The notes: generated by a model from the sequence alone, not told the origin. A DNA stretch of 64,000 bases from Saccharofermentanales bacterium (GCA_050951845.1 JBMNJV010000001.1:712304-776303); one strand, 5' to 3'. Counted from the first letter of the stretch, positions 1 to 9,046 are shown. Numbers and translations are program-made.

Positions 1-75
1 TATAGGATCATTCCCTTATCTTCACTTGCCGCAATTGCTGCTCCTTTTGATCTCACTGATATAATCGTAATAACA

Positions 76-105
76 ATAAAGAGCCCTTGGTGGAGAGCTC
101 TTTAT
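76..105. terminator. Short stem-loop, possibly terminating a gene that ends just inside the left edge
   Basis: 9-bp inverted arms ATAAAGAGC (76-84) and GCTCTTTAT (97-105). A frame-2 open frame runs from the window edge to TAA at 62-64. No strong T-run. Confidence 0.3.
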
Positions 106-157
106 CTGTGTAAGGTAAGGAGAGAAATTATAATAGATATCTCTATTTATCTAACAT

Positions 158-173
158 GTTAGCATAGGCTAAC
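158..173. promoter_or_regulatory. Palindromic operator-like site GTTAGCATAGGCTAAC (GTTAG-N6-CTAAC), copy 1
   Basis: Perfect 6+6 inverted repeat read directly. It overlaps a second palindrome CTAACATGTTAG at 151-162. Intergenic, upstream of feoA. Confidence 0.45.
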
Positions 174-324
174 TAGGAAATCAATCTAATTTTCAATAAA
201 TTTATGTACTATATTAATTTTAGATTTGGTTTTATTACAGAAATAGAAGATTATCTTGAAAGAATATTCGTTACAAGATATTGAATATATTACTATATGT
301 TCAATCCACTTTTCAAAAATTCTG

Positions 325-353
325 TTGACAAATGTAAGAATAAAGAATAATAT
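325..353 (+). promoter_or_regulatory. SigA-type promoter for feoA (TTGACA, 17 nt, TAATAT)
   Basis: TTGACA at 325-330, a 17-nt spacer, TAATAT at 348-353. It lies about 110 nt upstream of the feoA ATG and is followed directly by operator copy 2. Confidence 0.55.
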
Positions 354-360
354 AGCTAAA

Positions 361-376
361 GTTAGCTTGTGCTAAC
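361..376. promoter_or_regulatory. Palindromic operator-like site GTTAGCTTGTGCTAAC, copy 2
   Basis: Perfect GTTAGC-N4-GCTAAC palindrome 8 nt downstream of the candidate -10, a position typical of a repressor operator. Confidence 0.5.
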
Positions 377-463
377 AAATGTTTTATCATATAAGGCGAT
401 AGTTATTGATTGAACACGGTTTATATGTTGAAATAATTTTAGAGAATACTTTTGAGGCCATTT

Positions 464-676
464 ATGACGTTAAAAAGTGCTGTTGAAGGTAGAGAATATA
501 CCATCCGCCAGATTAATACTGATGACGAAGAGTTGAATGCGTTTCTGTTTTCTCTTGGATTTTACGTAGGTGAAGCTATTACGGTGGTTGCTCATCGTAA
601 AAGCGGTTGTACGGTTTCTGTTAAAGATGCTCGTTATAACATAGATAACCGGCTAGCCAAAGCCATTCAAATCTGA
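464..676 (+). CDS. feoA: FeoA family ferrous iron transport protein
   Basis: 70-74 aa SH3-like FeoA-sized protein directly upstream of feoB. The track ORF starts at TTG 452; the in-frame ATG at 464 is the likelier start. Confidence 0.85.
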   Translation: MTLKSAVEGREYTIRQINTDDEELNAFLFSLGFYVGEAITVVAHRKSGCTVSVKDARYNIDNRLAKAIQI

Positions 677-717
677 GTGGTGAGAATATAAAAAGACAGC
701 TTTTTTTTTAACATAAG

Positions 718-733
718 GTTAGCGCCAGCTAAC
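718..733. promoter_or_regulatory. Palindromic operator-like site GTTAGCGCCAGCTAAC, copy 3
   Basis: Perfect GTTAGC-N4-GCTAAC palindrome in the feoA-feoB spacer. Confidence 0.45.
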
Positions 734-797
734 CGAGAAGATAATATTTTGATTACTAAGAATGATGTTTAAGGACAAGAAACAAGGAGGAAATCCC

Positions 798-2804
798 ATG
801 AGAATTGCTTTGACAGGTAACCCGAACTCGGGTAAAACAACAATGTATAATGCGTTAACCGGTCGCAGCGAAAAAGTAGGAAACTGGGCAGGAGTTACTT
901 TAGACAAGAAAGAACACCCGATCAAAAAGATGTATGTAAAAAGCGAGGAGTCAGTTTTTGCTGTTGACCTTCCCGGCGCATACTCTATGTCTCCTTTCAC
1001 AAGTGAAGAGAGTATCACCAGTTCCTATGTAAAGAAAGAAAATCCTGATGTTATTGTTAACATTGTAGATGCTACCAATCTCAGCCGCAGCCTGTTTTTC
1101 ACCACCCAGCTTTTAGAGCTGGAAATTCCTGTTGTTGTTGCTTTGAATAAGAGCGATCTTAATGAAAAGAAAGGTACAATAATTGACGTAGAAGCCTTGT
1201 CGGCGAAGCTTGGCTGTCCGGTTATCAACACTGTTTCCACTTCCGGTACAGGTCTTGATGCTGTTGTTGAAACTGCTTTAGCACATGCAAACAATATCCA
1301 AAAGGCTCCTTACGTGCAAGGTGACATTGATCTGACTGATAAAGATATAGTTGAAGCTGCTGACCGTAAGCGTTTTGAATTTGTCAATGAGATTGTAAAC
1401 TCCGTTGAGACCCGTAAGGTTTTAACCAGGGAAAAGAACATCAATGATAAGATCGATGCTGTACTTACAAATAAGTGGCTCGGTATTCCGATCTTTGCAG
1501 TTGTGATGTTTCTGGTCTTTCAAATTTCACAGGTTTGGGTGGGTACACCCATTGCCGATTTGCTTGTGGGCTGGCTGGAATCATTCCAGGAATGGGTAGG
1601 CGATCTTCTTGCAGATGCAAGCCCGCTTCTTTCGACCATTCTTGTTGACGGTATTATAGGCGGCGTGATTGCCGTTGTCGGTTTCCTGCCTCTGATTATG
1701 GTTATGTATTTCCTGATTGCTTTGCTGGAGGACTGCGGGTACATGTCCCGTGTTGCCGTTGTACTTGATCCCATCTTCAAAAGGGTTGGTTTATCCGGAA
1801 AGTCAGTCATTCCTTTCGTCATCAGCATCGGTTGTGCAATTCCCGGGATTATGGCAAGCCGTACCATCCGTAACGAACGCGAAAGAAGAATGACCGCCAT
1901 GCTTGCTCCATTTGTTCCTTGTGGTGCGAAGATTCCCGTTATTGCTCTCTTTGCCGGAGCATTCTTCGATGATGCAGGCTGGGTGAGCACCTTGATGTAC
2001 TTTACCGGTATTCTGCTGATTTTCCTCGGTGCACTTCTGGTGAACAAGATTGTCGGCTATAAAACAAGAAAATCTTTCTTTATCATAGAACTCCCTGAAT
2101 ACAAGGCTCCTTCTCTTTGGGGCGCTTTCAAGTCCATGTGTATGAGAGGCTGGGCTTTTATCGTTAATGCTACTACGATTATCTTGCTTTGCAACCTGGC
2201 AGTACAGCTGATGCAAACTTTCTCATGGAGTTTCCGAGTTGTTGAGTCCGCAGATCAATCGATTCTTGCTTCGATCGCATCACCCTTTGCATACCTGCTC
2301 TTTCCGATTGTCGGCGTTATGTCCTGGCAGCTTGCCGCAGCAGCTGTTACCGGTCTCATTGCGAAAGAGAATGTTGTAGGCACTCTTGCGGTTACCTTTG
2401 TTGGACTTGAGAACCTGATTGATACCGAAGAGTTTGCCCTTATGGAAGGTGCGGGGATGGAGGTTGCAGGTATTATGGCAATTACAAAGGTTGCAGCTCT
2501 TGCGTATCTGATGTTTAACCTTTATACACCTCCTTGTTTTGCCGCTATGGGTGCCATGAACTCCGAAATGAAGAGTGCCAAATGGTTTTGGGGTGGTGTT
2601 GCCCTCCAGCTTGGTACCGGCTATGCCGTAGCATATTTCGTTTATACCATCGGTACAATTGTGACCGGCGGGGCTCTTAATATAGGCGCTGCAATTGCCG
2701 GTTTTGCCGTGATAGTTGCTATGGTTGCCATTGTGATTGGTCTTATCAGGAACACTAACAGAAAGCTCAAAAGTGAGTATGCTTTGTCCGGTGCAAAGAG
2801 CTGA
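798..2804 (+). CDS. feoB: Ferrous iron transporter FeoB (N-terminal GTPase plus polytopic membrane domain)
   Basis: G1 motif GNPNSGKTT, G4 NKSD, then the long hydrophobic FeoB core. ATG 798 follows AAGGAGG at 784-790; the upstream in-frame Met at 762 lacks an RBS. Confidence 0.95.
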   Translation: MRIALTGNPNSGKTTMYNALTGRSEKVGNWAGVTLDKKEHPIKKMYVKSEESVFAVDLPGAYSMSPFTSEESITSSYVKKENPDVIVNIVDATNLSRSLFFTTQLLELEIPVVVALNKSDLNEKKGTIIDVEALSAKLGCPVINTVSTSGTGLDAVVETALAHANNIQKAPYVQGDIDLTDKDIVEAADRKRFEFVNEIVNSVETRKVLTREKNINDKIDAVLTNKWLGIPIFAVVMFLVFQISQVWVGTPIADLLVGWLESFQEWVGDLLADASPLLSTILVDGIIGGVIAVVGFLPLIMVMYFLIALLEDCGYMSRVAVVLDPIFKRVGLSGKSVIPFVISIGCAIPGIMASRTIRNERERRMTAMLAPFVPCGAKIPVIALFAGAFFDDAGWVSTLMYFTGILLIFLGALLVNKIVGYKTRKSFFIIELPEYKAPSLWGAFKSMCMRGWAFIVNATTIILLCNLAVQLMQTFSWSFRVVESADQSILASIASPFAYLLFPIVGVMSWQLAAAAVTGLIAKENVVGTLAVTFVGLENLIDTEEFALMEGAGMEVAGIMAITKVAALAYLMFNLYTPPCFAAMGAMNSEMKSAKWFWGGVALQLGTGYAVAYFVYTIGTIVTGGALNIGAAIAGFAVIVAMVAIVIGLIRNTNRKLKSEYALSGAKS

Positions 2805-2827
2805 ATGCAAAATAATAGGATTTTATT

Positions 2828-2992
2828 ATGATTGAAGACATTGTTGTCGTACTGATAATACTTGCCATTGTTGCAGGAATAATTTTGTATTTAGCGAGAC
2901 GCAAGAAAAAGCAAGGTACAGCCTGCACCGGTTGTCCTTATGCCAAACAGTGTATAAGTAAATACTACAGCGGTTCTAATTGCGACAATTGA
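2828..2992 (+). CDS. FeoB-associated Cys-rich small membrane protein (54 aa), below the ORF-track cutoff
   Basis: Translated by hand: MIEDIVVVLIILAIVAGIILYLARRKKKQGTACTGCPYAKQCISKYYSGSNCDN. It has one TM helix, a basic patch and a 4-Cys tail. It starts 24 nt after the feoB stop. Confidence 0.7.
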   Translation: MIEDIVVVLIILAIVAGIILYLARRKKKQGTACTGCPYAKQCISKYYSGSNCDN

Positions 2993-3100
2993 GTATTCTC
3001 ACCTAAACGCTACAGTTACTAATCATTCAAATGCGACAATTAAAGACACCTGCAATAATAGGAAAGGCGATCGTTTTATAGAGGTTGACTCAAAATTCTG

Positions 3101-3137
3101 AGCCCTGCAGGTTTTGATTTGCAGGGCTTGGATTTTT
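3101..3137 (+). terminator. Rho-independent terminator of the feo operon
   Basis: Stem AGCCCTGCA (3101-3109) and TGCAGGGCT (3120-3128), then a T-run at 3133-3137. Confidence 0.7.
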
Positions 3138-3319
3138 GAGCAATTTTCCGGTTTCAAAGCCGGTTTCTGCTCAGAATTCGATGCTGTGCAAGATTATTTC
3201 TGCATACCTCTGAAAAGTGAGCAGTACGATTAATCAAGAGCTGATTTTACTAATTATCTAAATAATATTCAAAAAATTCCAATAAAATATAGCGGTTTGC
3301 ATGAAATTTGCTTTTAAAC

Positions 3320-3348
3320 TTGTTAGTCGTGCCTAACTGATGTTAAAT
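3320..3348 (+). promoter_or_regulatory. Candidate promoter of the metal ABC operon (TTGTTA, 17 nt, TTAAAT)
   Basis: Hexamers read directly. Operator copy 4 lies inside the spacer and copy 5 just downstream. Confidence 0.4.
3322..3337. promoter_or_regulatory. Palindromic operator-like site GTTAGTCGTGCCTAAC, copy 4
   Basis: GTTAG-N6-CTAAC between the candidate -35 and -10 of the ABC operon. Confidence 0.45.
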
Positions 3349-3354
3349 AAGAAT

Positions 3355-3370
3355 GTCAGGCATGCCTAAC
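3355..3370. promoter_or_regulatory. Near-copy operator-like site GTCAGGCATGCCTAAC, copy 5
   Basis: One mismatch to GTTAG-N6-CTAAC. It lies 17 bp after copy 4. Confidence 0.35.
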
Positions 3371-3532
3371 CGGTTTTTTATGTTTGCGAAAGCAGTTTTG
3401 ATAAAGATAATATTTTCGAGTTTTATGATATTTTTCTTCCAAAACCAGGGTCTAAGTAAAAAGCTGTTAAACAAAATGAGAGAAACGAATAACAAACAAT
3501 TGATTTTATAAGCGAAGAATGGAGAAGAAGAA

Positions 3533-4633
3533 ATGAAAAAAATCAGTTTATTAGTGTCATTATTAATGGCTTTGGTATTGTTAATCAGTTCATGCGGAAC
3601 AAATTCAAACGAAACAATTTCTGAAGATTCAAAGGTGAAAGATCCGGAGATTGAAGAGGTCGATATAGCAGAGGTGAAAGATGAAAATGCAGGCACAGAA
3701 GATGCTGAAACGGAAAATGTAGAGATGGAAGATACTGAAACAGAAGAAGATGCTGAAACAGAATCCGAAAATAAGATTGAAGCTTATACCGGCAGCGATA
3801 AGCCGACCGTTACGGGAACGACCACTTTTGTTGCAGATATCGTCAAAGTTCTGGCGGAAGAATTTGTAAATATTGATATGATTATTCCTGCCGGTGACGA
3901 TCCGCATCTCTATGAACCGAAACCGCAAGATTTGCAAAAGATTACAGATGCTGATTTAGTAATTTATCACGGACTGCATTTTGAAGGGAAAATGGCAGAT
4001 GTTCTGGAAAAATACGGATACGCTTTAGCCAAGGACTTCCCGGCTGATCGAGTCGGGGCAATGGATCAGGATGGTGATTTAATCATTGATCCTCATTTTT
4101 GGTTCGATCTTGAATTATATCAACTTGCTGTAGATAATACCGCAGATTATTTAAATCAATTATTACCGGAAGCAGCCGATACGATTGCCAAGAATGCGGA
4201 AGAATATAATGAGCAGCTAGTAGTTATGTTTGAAGAATCTAAAGAAAAACTTGATTCGATCCCGGAAGATTCACGTTATTTAATTACACCGCATGATGCA
4301 TTCAACTACTTTTCGCGTTCTTTCAACATTCCGGTTATGGCACCTCAAGGTGTAAGTACCGATTCCGAGGTGGCGAACAAAGATATTCAAAACACCGTGG
4401 ATTTTATAGTAGAGAAAGAAATAAAAGCTGTTTTTGCTGAAACAACGACCGATCCGGCTCGGATGGAAAAGCTGAAAGAAGCAGCGGCAGCGCAGGGATT
4501 TGATGTAAAAGTTGTGAGCGGTGAAGGTCAGGAATTGTTTTCCGACTCTTTGGCTCCGGAAGGTCAACCGGGCGATAACTTTATCGATATGTTCACCCAT
4601 AATGTGGATTTAATCGTGGAGAATTTAAAGTAA
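3533..4633 (+). CDS. Metal ABC transporter substrate-binding lipoprotein (ZnuA/TroA/MntC cluster-9 family) with an acidic N-terminal linker
   Basis: Lipobox LISSCG, then an E/D-rich ~70-aa linker. Family motifs DPHLYEPKPQD and ITPHDAFNYF are present. Which metal is transported is not resolvable by eye. Confidence 0.85.
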   Translation: MKKISLLVSLLMALVLLISSCGTNSNETISEDSKVKDPEIEEVDIAEVKDENAGTEDAETENVEMEDTETEEDAETESENKIEAYTGSDKPTVTGTTTFVADIVKVLAEEFVNIDMIIPAGDDPHLYEPKPQDLQKITDADLVIYHGLHFEGKMADVLEKYGYALAKDFPADRVGAMDQDGDLIIDPHFWFDLELYQLAVDNTADYLNQLLPEAADTIAKNAEEYNEQLVVMFEESKEKLDSIPEDSRYLITPHDAFNYFSRSFNIPVMAPQGVSTDSEVANKDIQNTVDFIVEKEIKAVFAETTTDPARMEKLKEAAAAQGFDVKVVSGEGQELFSDSLAPEGQPGDNFIDMFTHNVDLIVENLK

Positions 4634-4757
4634 TCCGCCGAATAAAGATTAAATATAATTTATTGAAGTCGGGAAATCCTGTTTTTATACAAAGCAACAA
4701 CAAGTGAAAATACTATTAAAAAAAGACGAAAAAGATTAAAAAGAAATAGAGGGCAAC

Positions 4758-5495
4758 ATGTCAGATAATATTATTGTCAAAGTTGAAGATTTAACCATGG
4801 CTTACCATGATAAACCGGTATTGTGGGATAACGATGTTAATATTATCGAGAACTCGAGGACGGCAATTATCGGTCCGAACGGAGCGGGCAAGTCAACTTT
4901 ATTAAAAGGTATTCTCGGTCTGCAAAAAACTTTGTCAGGAACTGTTGAAGTGATGGGCAAAAGTGTTAAACAAGTCTATGAGAAAATTGCCTATATTCCT
5001 CAGTCTAACAGTGTAAATTGGGATTTTCCGACAACTGCTTTAGATGTAGTTTTGATGGGACGTTATGTCCATCTTGGCTGGATCAAAAGACCCGGAAAAA
5101 AGGATATAGAAATTGCAAAAAATGCGTTGTATCAAATGGGGATGCAGGATTATGCCAAACGCCAGATTTCGCAATTGTCCGGCGGTCAGAAACAAAGAGT
5201 TTTTATCGCCAGGGCAATTGCGCAAAATGCAGAAATATATTTCATGGATGAACCGCTTGCCGGTGTCGATAAAAATACGGAAAAAGTGATTATCGACTTT
5301 TTGAAACACTCACAAAAGCAAGGAAAAACATCGATTGTCATCCACCATGATTTGAATACTTTAGCTGACTATTTTGATTATTTAATAATTCTCAATAAAA
5401 GAATAATTGCTCAGGGTAAAATGTCCGAAACATTAACCCAGGCAAATCTTGATGCTGCTGATATGAGCGGAGGTTTTACAATTGCTGCTATTTAA
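4758..5495 (+). CDS. Metal ABC transporter ATP-binding protein (TroB/ZnuC-like)
   Basis: Walker A GPNGAGKST, signature LSGGQKQR, Walker B IYFMDEP. Confidence 0.9.
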   Translation: MSDNIIVKVEDLTMAYHDKPVLWDNDVNIIENSRTAIIGPNGAGKSTLLKGILGLQKTLSGTVEVMGKSVKQVYEKIAYIPQSNSVNWDFPTTALDVVLMGRYVHLGWIKRPGKKDIEIAKNALYQMGMQDYAKRQISQLSGGQKQRVFIARAIAQNAEIYFMDEPLAGVDKNTEKVIIDFLKHSQKQGKTSIVIHHDLNTLADYFDYLIILNKRIIAQGKMSETLTQANLDAADMSGGFTIAAI

Positions 5496-5558
5496 ATATG
5501 CCAATAGATTTATGAGAACATAGAGGAAGGTATTGCCAGGGCGGAGGTTTTAAAATAC

Positions 5559-6530
5559 ATGCTTAGTGTTTTTCTAAATAAAATATTCAGTTTTAACTTT
5601 GCTAACCTGATAAATTCAATCGGCTTAGATTTTGAAATATTAAGCAGTTATACATTTATTGTAGTTTGTCTGGGTACAGTGATTTTAGCTGTAGTTGCGG
5701 GAATGGTCGGTACAATCACCGTTTTAAAAGGGCAATCTCTGATCGGAGATGCAATAGGTCATTCAGCTTATCCGGGAATTATTATAGCGTTTATGATCGG
5801 TATGAGTTTGGATTCAGTTTCTTTAATGATCGGGGCAATTATTTCAGGTACTGTGGCTTTTATTATCATTCAGTTTATTGGTAAAAATTCCAAGTTAAAC
5901 CTGGACGCAGTTTTAGCCACGATTCTGTCAGCATTTTTCGGTCTCGGCATGGTTCTCAAAAGCTTTATCCAAGGACATCCTGTTTATGGCAAAGTGCCGC
6001 AAGGCGGCTTGAGCAATTATATTTTCGGGCAAGCCGCTTTCATCAGAACAATCGATGTTCAATTAATTCTGGCTGTTGCGATACCTTCACTATTAATAAT
6101 ATTTTTGTTTTATAAAGAATTTAAAATTTTTATTTTTGATGAAGTTTATGCTAAATCGATCGGTCTTAATTCAACAGTGATGTATGTTTTGCTGGTGTTA
6201 ATTACAATGAGTGTGATTGCGACCGGGCTGAAATTAGTCGGTGCGATTTTGATTTCTTCATTCTTGATTGTACCTGGGATTACTGCTTTACAATGGAGCA
6301 ATCGTTTCAGCCATGTCTTGATTATTGCCGCCATCGTCGGCAGTGTTTCGGCTTTTGTAGGTACGTACATATCAAGTGTTTATGCCGGTATGTCGACCGG
6401 ACCTTGTATAATTGTGGTGATGTCAGGTTTCGCATTTATTTCAATGTTCATTTCACCTAAAGGCTTACTCGCTAATTGGCTGCGAAGGAGAAAATATTTA
6501 AATGATTTATCAAAATCTCTTATTGACTAA
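5559..6530 (+). CDS. Metal ABC transporter permease (ABC-3 family, TroC-like)
   Basis: Polytopic protein with the ABC-3 motif LIGDAIGHSAYPGIIIAF. GGAGG lies upstream of the ATG. Confidence 0.85.
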   Translation: MLSVFLNKIFSFNFANLINSIGLDFEILSSYTFIVVCLGTVILAVVAGMVGTITVLKGQSLIGDAIGHSAYPGIIIAFMIGMSLDSVSLMIGAIISGTVAFIIIQFIGKNSKLNLDAVLATILSAFFGLGMVLKSFIQGHPVYGKVPQGGLSNYIFGQAAFIRTIDVQLILAVAIPSLLIIFLFYKEFKIFIFDEVYAKSIGLNSTVMYVLLVLITMSVIATGLKLVGAILISSFLIVPGITALQWSNRFSHVLIIAAIVGSVSAFVGTYISSVYAGMSTGPCIIVVMSGFAFISMFISPKGLLANWLRRRKYLNDLSKSLID

Positions 6531-7659
6531 AATTTCAGATTTTCTAAATTACAATCAACAAATGCTACTCACCTTGATTATCACCGGAATTGCTTGTTCA
6601 ATTCTCGGCTGTTTTTTGGTTCTGAATAAATTGTCAATGCTGACAGATGCACTTTCTCATTCAATATTGCTCGGCATCGTGTTGGCATATTTTGTAACTA
6701 AAGATTTGAATTCGCCGTTATTATTGATCGGAGCCGGCATCTTCGGTGTTTTTACAGTTTATGCAATTGGTTTATTATCTAAAACTCGCTTAGTCAAAAA
6801 TGATGATGCGGTAGGAATTATTTTTCCTTTGTTTTTCTCGTTAGCCGTTATTTTAATCAGTACATTTGCTCGCAATGTTCATCTAGATACCGATATAGTC
6901 CTGATGGGGCAAGTTATTATGATTCCGTTAAATACAATGACGGTGTTCGGAATTGAATTGCCAAAAGCAATGTTTTATATGTTGATTATCCTGTTGATCA
7001 ATTTGATTTTTGTTGCGGTATTTTTAAAAGAATTAAAAGTCAGTAGTTTTGATCCGGAATTTGCGACTTTAGCCGGATTCTCTTCCGGACTTCTTTTTTA
7101 TGGATTAATGACTTTGACCTCATTTACAGCGGTTGCCGCCTTTGATGCGGTCGGAGCAATTCTGGTTATTGCCTTATTTGTCGGTCCCGCGGCCTCAGCC
7201 TACATGCTGACCAAAAGTCTCAATAAGATGCTTTTTGTATCGATTATCTTCTCAATACTTAATTCAATTTCAGGTTTTTATTTAGCAATTGAATTCAATG
7301 TTTCTATTTCGGGAATGATCGCAGTAACCACAGGTTTCACAACCTTTATGACTGTTCTCTTAAACCGTCAGGGTATTATCACGGCTATATATTTAAGATA
7401 TAAGAATCGCAAGGAATTCAGACTTGATTTGCTGATTATGCATTTAGGCAACCACGAAGATCAAGAAGATGCAGAGTTTGAGCTGGGTTTTGCCACAATT
7501 AAAGATCATTTATCTTGGGATCAGGAAACGACTAAGCGCAGACTGAACCACTTAATTGATCAAGGGTTTGTTCAGCGAGATCATGAGAAAAAAATATTCT
7601 GTCTGACCGAAAAAGGCAGATTACGTTACGATATGATTAAAGTAGATTATGGTATGTAA
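6502..7659 (+). CDS. Metal ABC transporter permease (TroD-like) fused to a C-terminal DtxR-like winged-helix domain
   Basis: The ABC-3 core has LTDALSHSILLGIVLAY. About 88 extra C-terminal residues (from about 7396) are soluble and resemble the DtxR N-terminal wHTH (LSWDQETTKRRLNHLIDQGFVQRDHEKKIFCLTEKGR). Confidence 0.8.
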   Translation: MIYQNLLLTKISDFLNYNQQMLLTLIITGIACSILGCFLVLNKLSMLTDALSHSILLGIVLAYFVTKDLNSPLLLIGAGIFGVFTVYAIGLLSKTRLVKNDDAVGIIFPLFFSLAVILISTFARNVHLDTDIVLMGQVIMIPLNTMTVFGIELPKAMFYMLIILLINLIFVAVFLKELKVSSFDPEFATLAGFSSGLLFYGLMTLTSFTAVAAFDAVGAILVIALFVGPAASAYMLTKSLNKMLFVSIIFSILNSISGFYLAIEFNVSISGMIAVTTGFTTFMTVLLNRQGIITAIYLRYKNRKEFRLDLLIMHLGNHEDQEDAEFELGFATIKDHLSWDQETTKRRLNHLIDQGFVQRDHEKKIFCLTEKGRLRYDMIKVDYGM

Positions 7660-7858
7660 AAGTATTTTCAAACGATAGCAACTTTTATAGTGGTTTCTTT
7701 TTCTGCTGATTGAATTTCCGGTTCAGCTATTCGCTCATCTTTTCATCTGTTTTCTTTCTGCAACCTATTTCAGTAATAATATCCGGATTGGTCGGTAGCG
7801 GCGGTATCATTGGAGCGTTGCTGTATCCATTATGGCTAAGCGCCGTAGAGGAGCAGAA

Positions 7859-9046
7859 CTAGTCATACTTAATCAGCAAGTCTTCTCGTCTTCTATCGGC
7901 AAGTATTCCTTCACTAATCTTTCTCTTTTTGTCTTCATACATATAAGTATCGATTTTATTTAGAAAATCATCTATAGATTCATGGTTTCTATCGTATATA
8001 CTGTAACCAATTGAAAAATTTATCTTATATGGTTTCTTTTCTGATTCATTGAACAAAGTTGCTTGTGTTTGAATCATTTCTATCATATCTATAATTTCTT
8101 TCTGAGAGTTAATATACATTAATATGATAAACTCATCACCGCCATACCTGCATGATATCCCTTTATTATTCACAGTTTTGCGTAATATCTTTCCGGTTAT
8201 GGAAATAGCCTCATCTCCTACAAGATGTCCAAAGCTGTCATTTATACTTTTGAAGCCATCAATGTCTAACATGATTCCGGCTAGTGCACGGTTAGTATCC
8301 CCTTTTCCACGATACATTTGCAATATGTTAATTAAATAATGTCTGTTCAGTAATCCCGATAGCTTATCTACATAAGATGCTTCATTTTGAACATTAATGA
8401 ATAACGAAATCATCCCTACGGATACACCGAGCCACACAAGAGAGTAGCCGTAAAAGAAGAACTGCAACAGACTTCCGATCAGAATGGGAACCATAAACAA
8501 AATAGCAGGAAGAAACAAATATTTATGTACCTTCTTGCGATAAAAATAGATTAATATCATCCCATAAGCCAGATAAAAATAAGTAACAGCATATGGAATG
8601 ATATATAAACCTGTTCTTTGATAAATATTATATTTATCGACTGTAAAAAATACAGGTGTGACTAAGTTTATTAAGGAACCGATTATAATTATTATGGCAG
8701 GTATTGCCACAAAAGGGTATATTCGCTTGATTCTTTTCATATCTGCAAACAATTTATAGTCCGCATATACCACCCAGGAATAAGCAAAAACAATATTGTT
8801 AATAAATAAAATATCATTTAGCACTAACAATAACGTATGATATCCGGATATCATTTTGCCGTCCATAAGAAGAACTGCCGATTCAATGATACATTGCAGA
8901 ATATTTAAAATAACCATCGCATAGAATATTTTTTCTTCAAACAATCCATGCCTATGACGTAATGGTTTATTTAAACTCAATATAATAATTAACAACAATA
9001 GTATTGCCGTTCCATTTGCAATCAATATCGCCGGAATATTAAACAT
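7859..9046 (-). CDS. Membrane-bound diguanylate cyclase (polytopic N-terminus plus GGDEF)
   Basis: About 6 TM helices, then a GGDEF domain with an intact RYGGDEF motif. Confidence 0.85.
   Translation of the reverse strand: MFNIPAILIANGTAILLLLIIILSLNKPLRHRHGLFEEKIFYAMVILNILQCIIESAVLLMDGKMISGYHTLLLVLNDILFINNIVFAYSWVVYADYKLFADMKRIKRIYPFVAIPAIIIIIGSLINLVTPVFFTVDKYNIYQRTGLYIIPYAVTYFYLAYGMILIYFYRKKVHKYLFLPAILFMVPILIGSLLQFFFYGYSLVWLGVSVGMISLFINVQNEASYVDKLSGLLNRHYLINILQMYRGKGDTNRALAGIMLDIDGFKSINDSFGHLVGDEAISITGKILRKTVNNKGISCRYGGDEFIILMYINSQKEIIDMIEMIQTQATLFNESEKKPYKINFSIGYSIYDRNHESIDDFLNKIDTYMYEDKKRKISEGILADRRREDLLIKYD

Noticed and set aside
1-64. A possible 3' end of a plus-strand gene (frame 2, ...IGSFPYLHLPQLLLLLISLI*) or the first three codons of a minus-strand gene (ATG at 11-9).
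   Set aside because: Too little sequence is available to tell these apart from noise. Only the nearby hairpin (76-105) is listed, and at low confidence.
719-2810. Several 89-176-aa minus-strand ORFs inside feoB.
   Set aside because: They are antisense to a strongly supported gene and have no motifs or translation signals.
3091-3181. An outer inverted repeat AATTCTGAGC (3094-3103) / GCTCAGAATT (3170-3179) enclosing the feo terminator, possibly an sRNA or attenuator.
   Set aside because: The left arm overlaps the terminator stem, and the right arm lies downstream of the T-run, so an attenuation logic does not work. Only the terminator is kept.
7710-7862. An open frame encoding a hydrophobic ~50-aa peptide (LNFRFSYSLIFSSVFFLQPISVIISGLVGSGGIIGALLYPLWLSAVEEQN*) after the ABC operon.
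   Set aside because: It has no ATG (only a TTG) and no RBS, and it overlaps the stop of the convergent GGDEF gene. It may be a gene remnant, but it cannot be supported.
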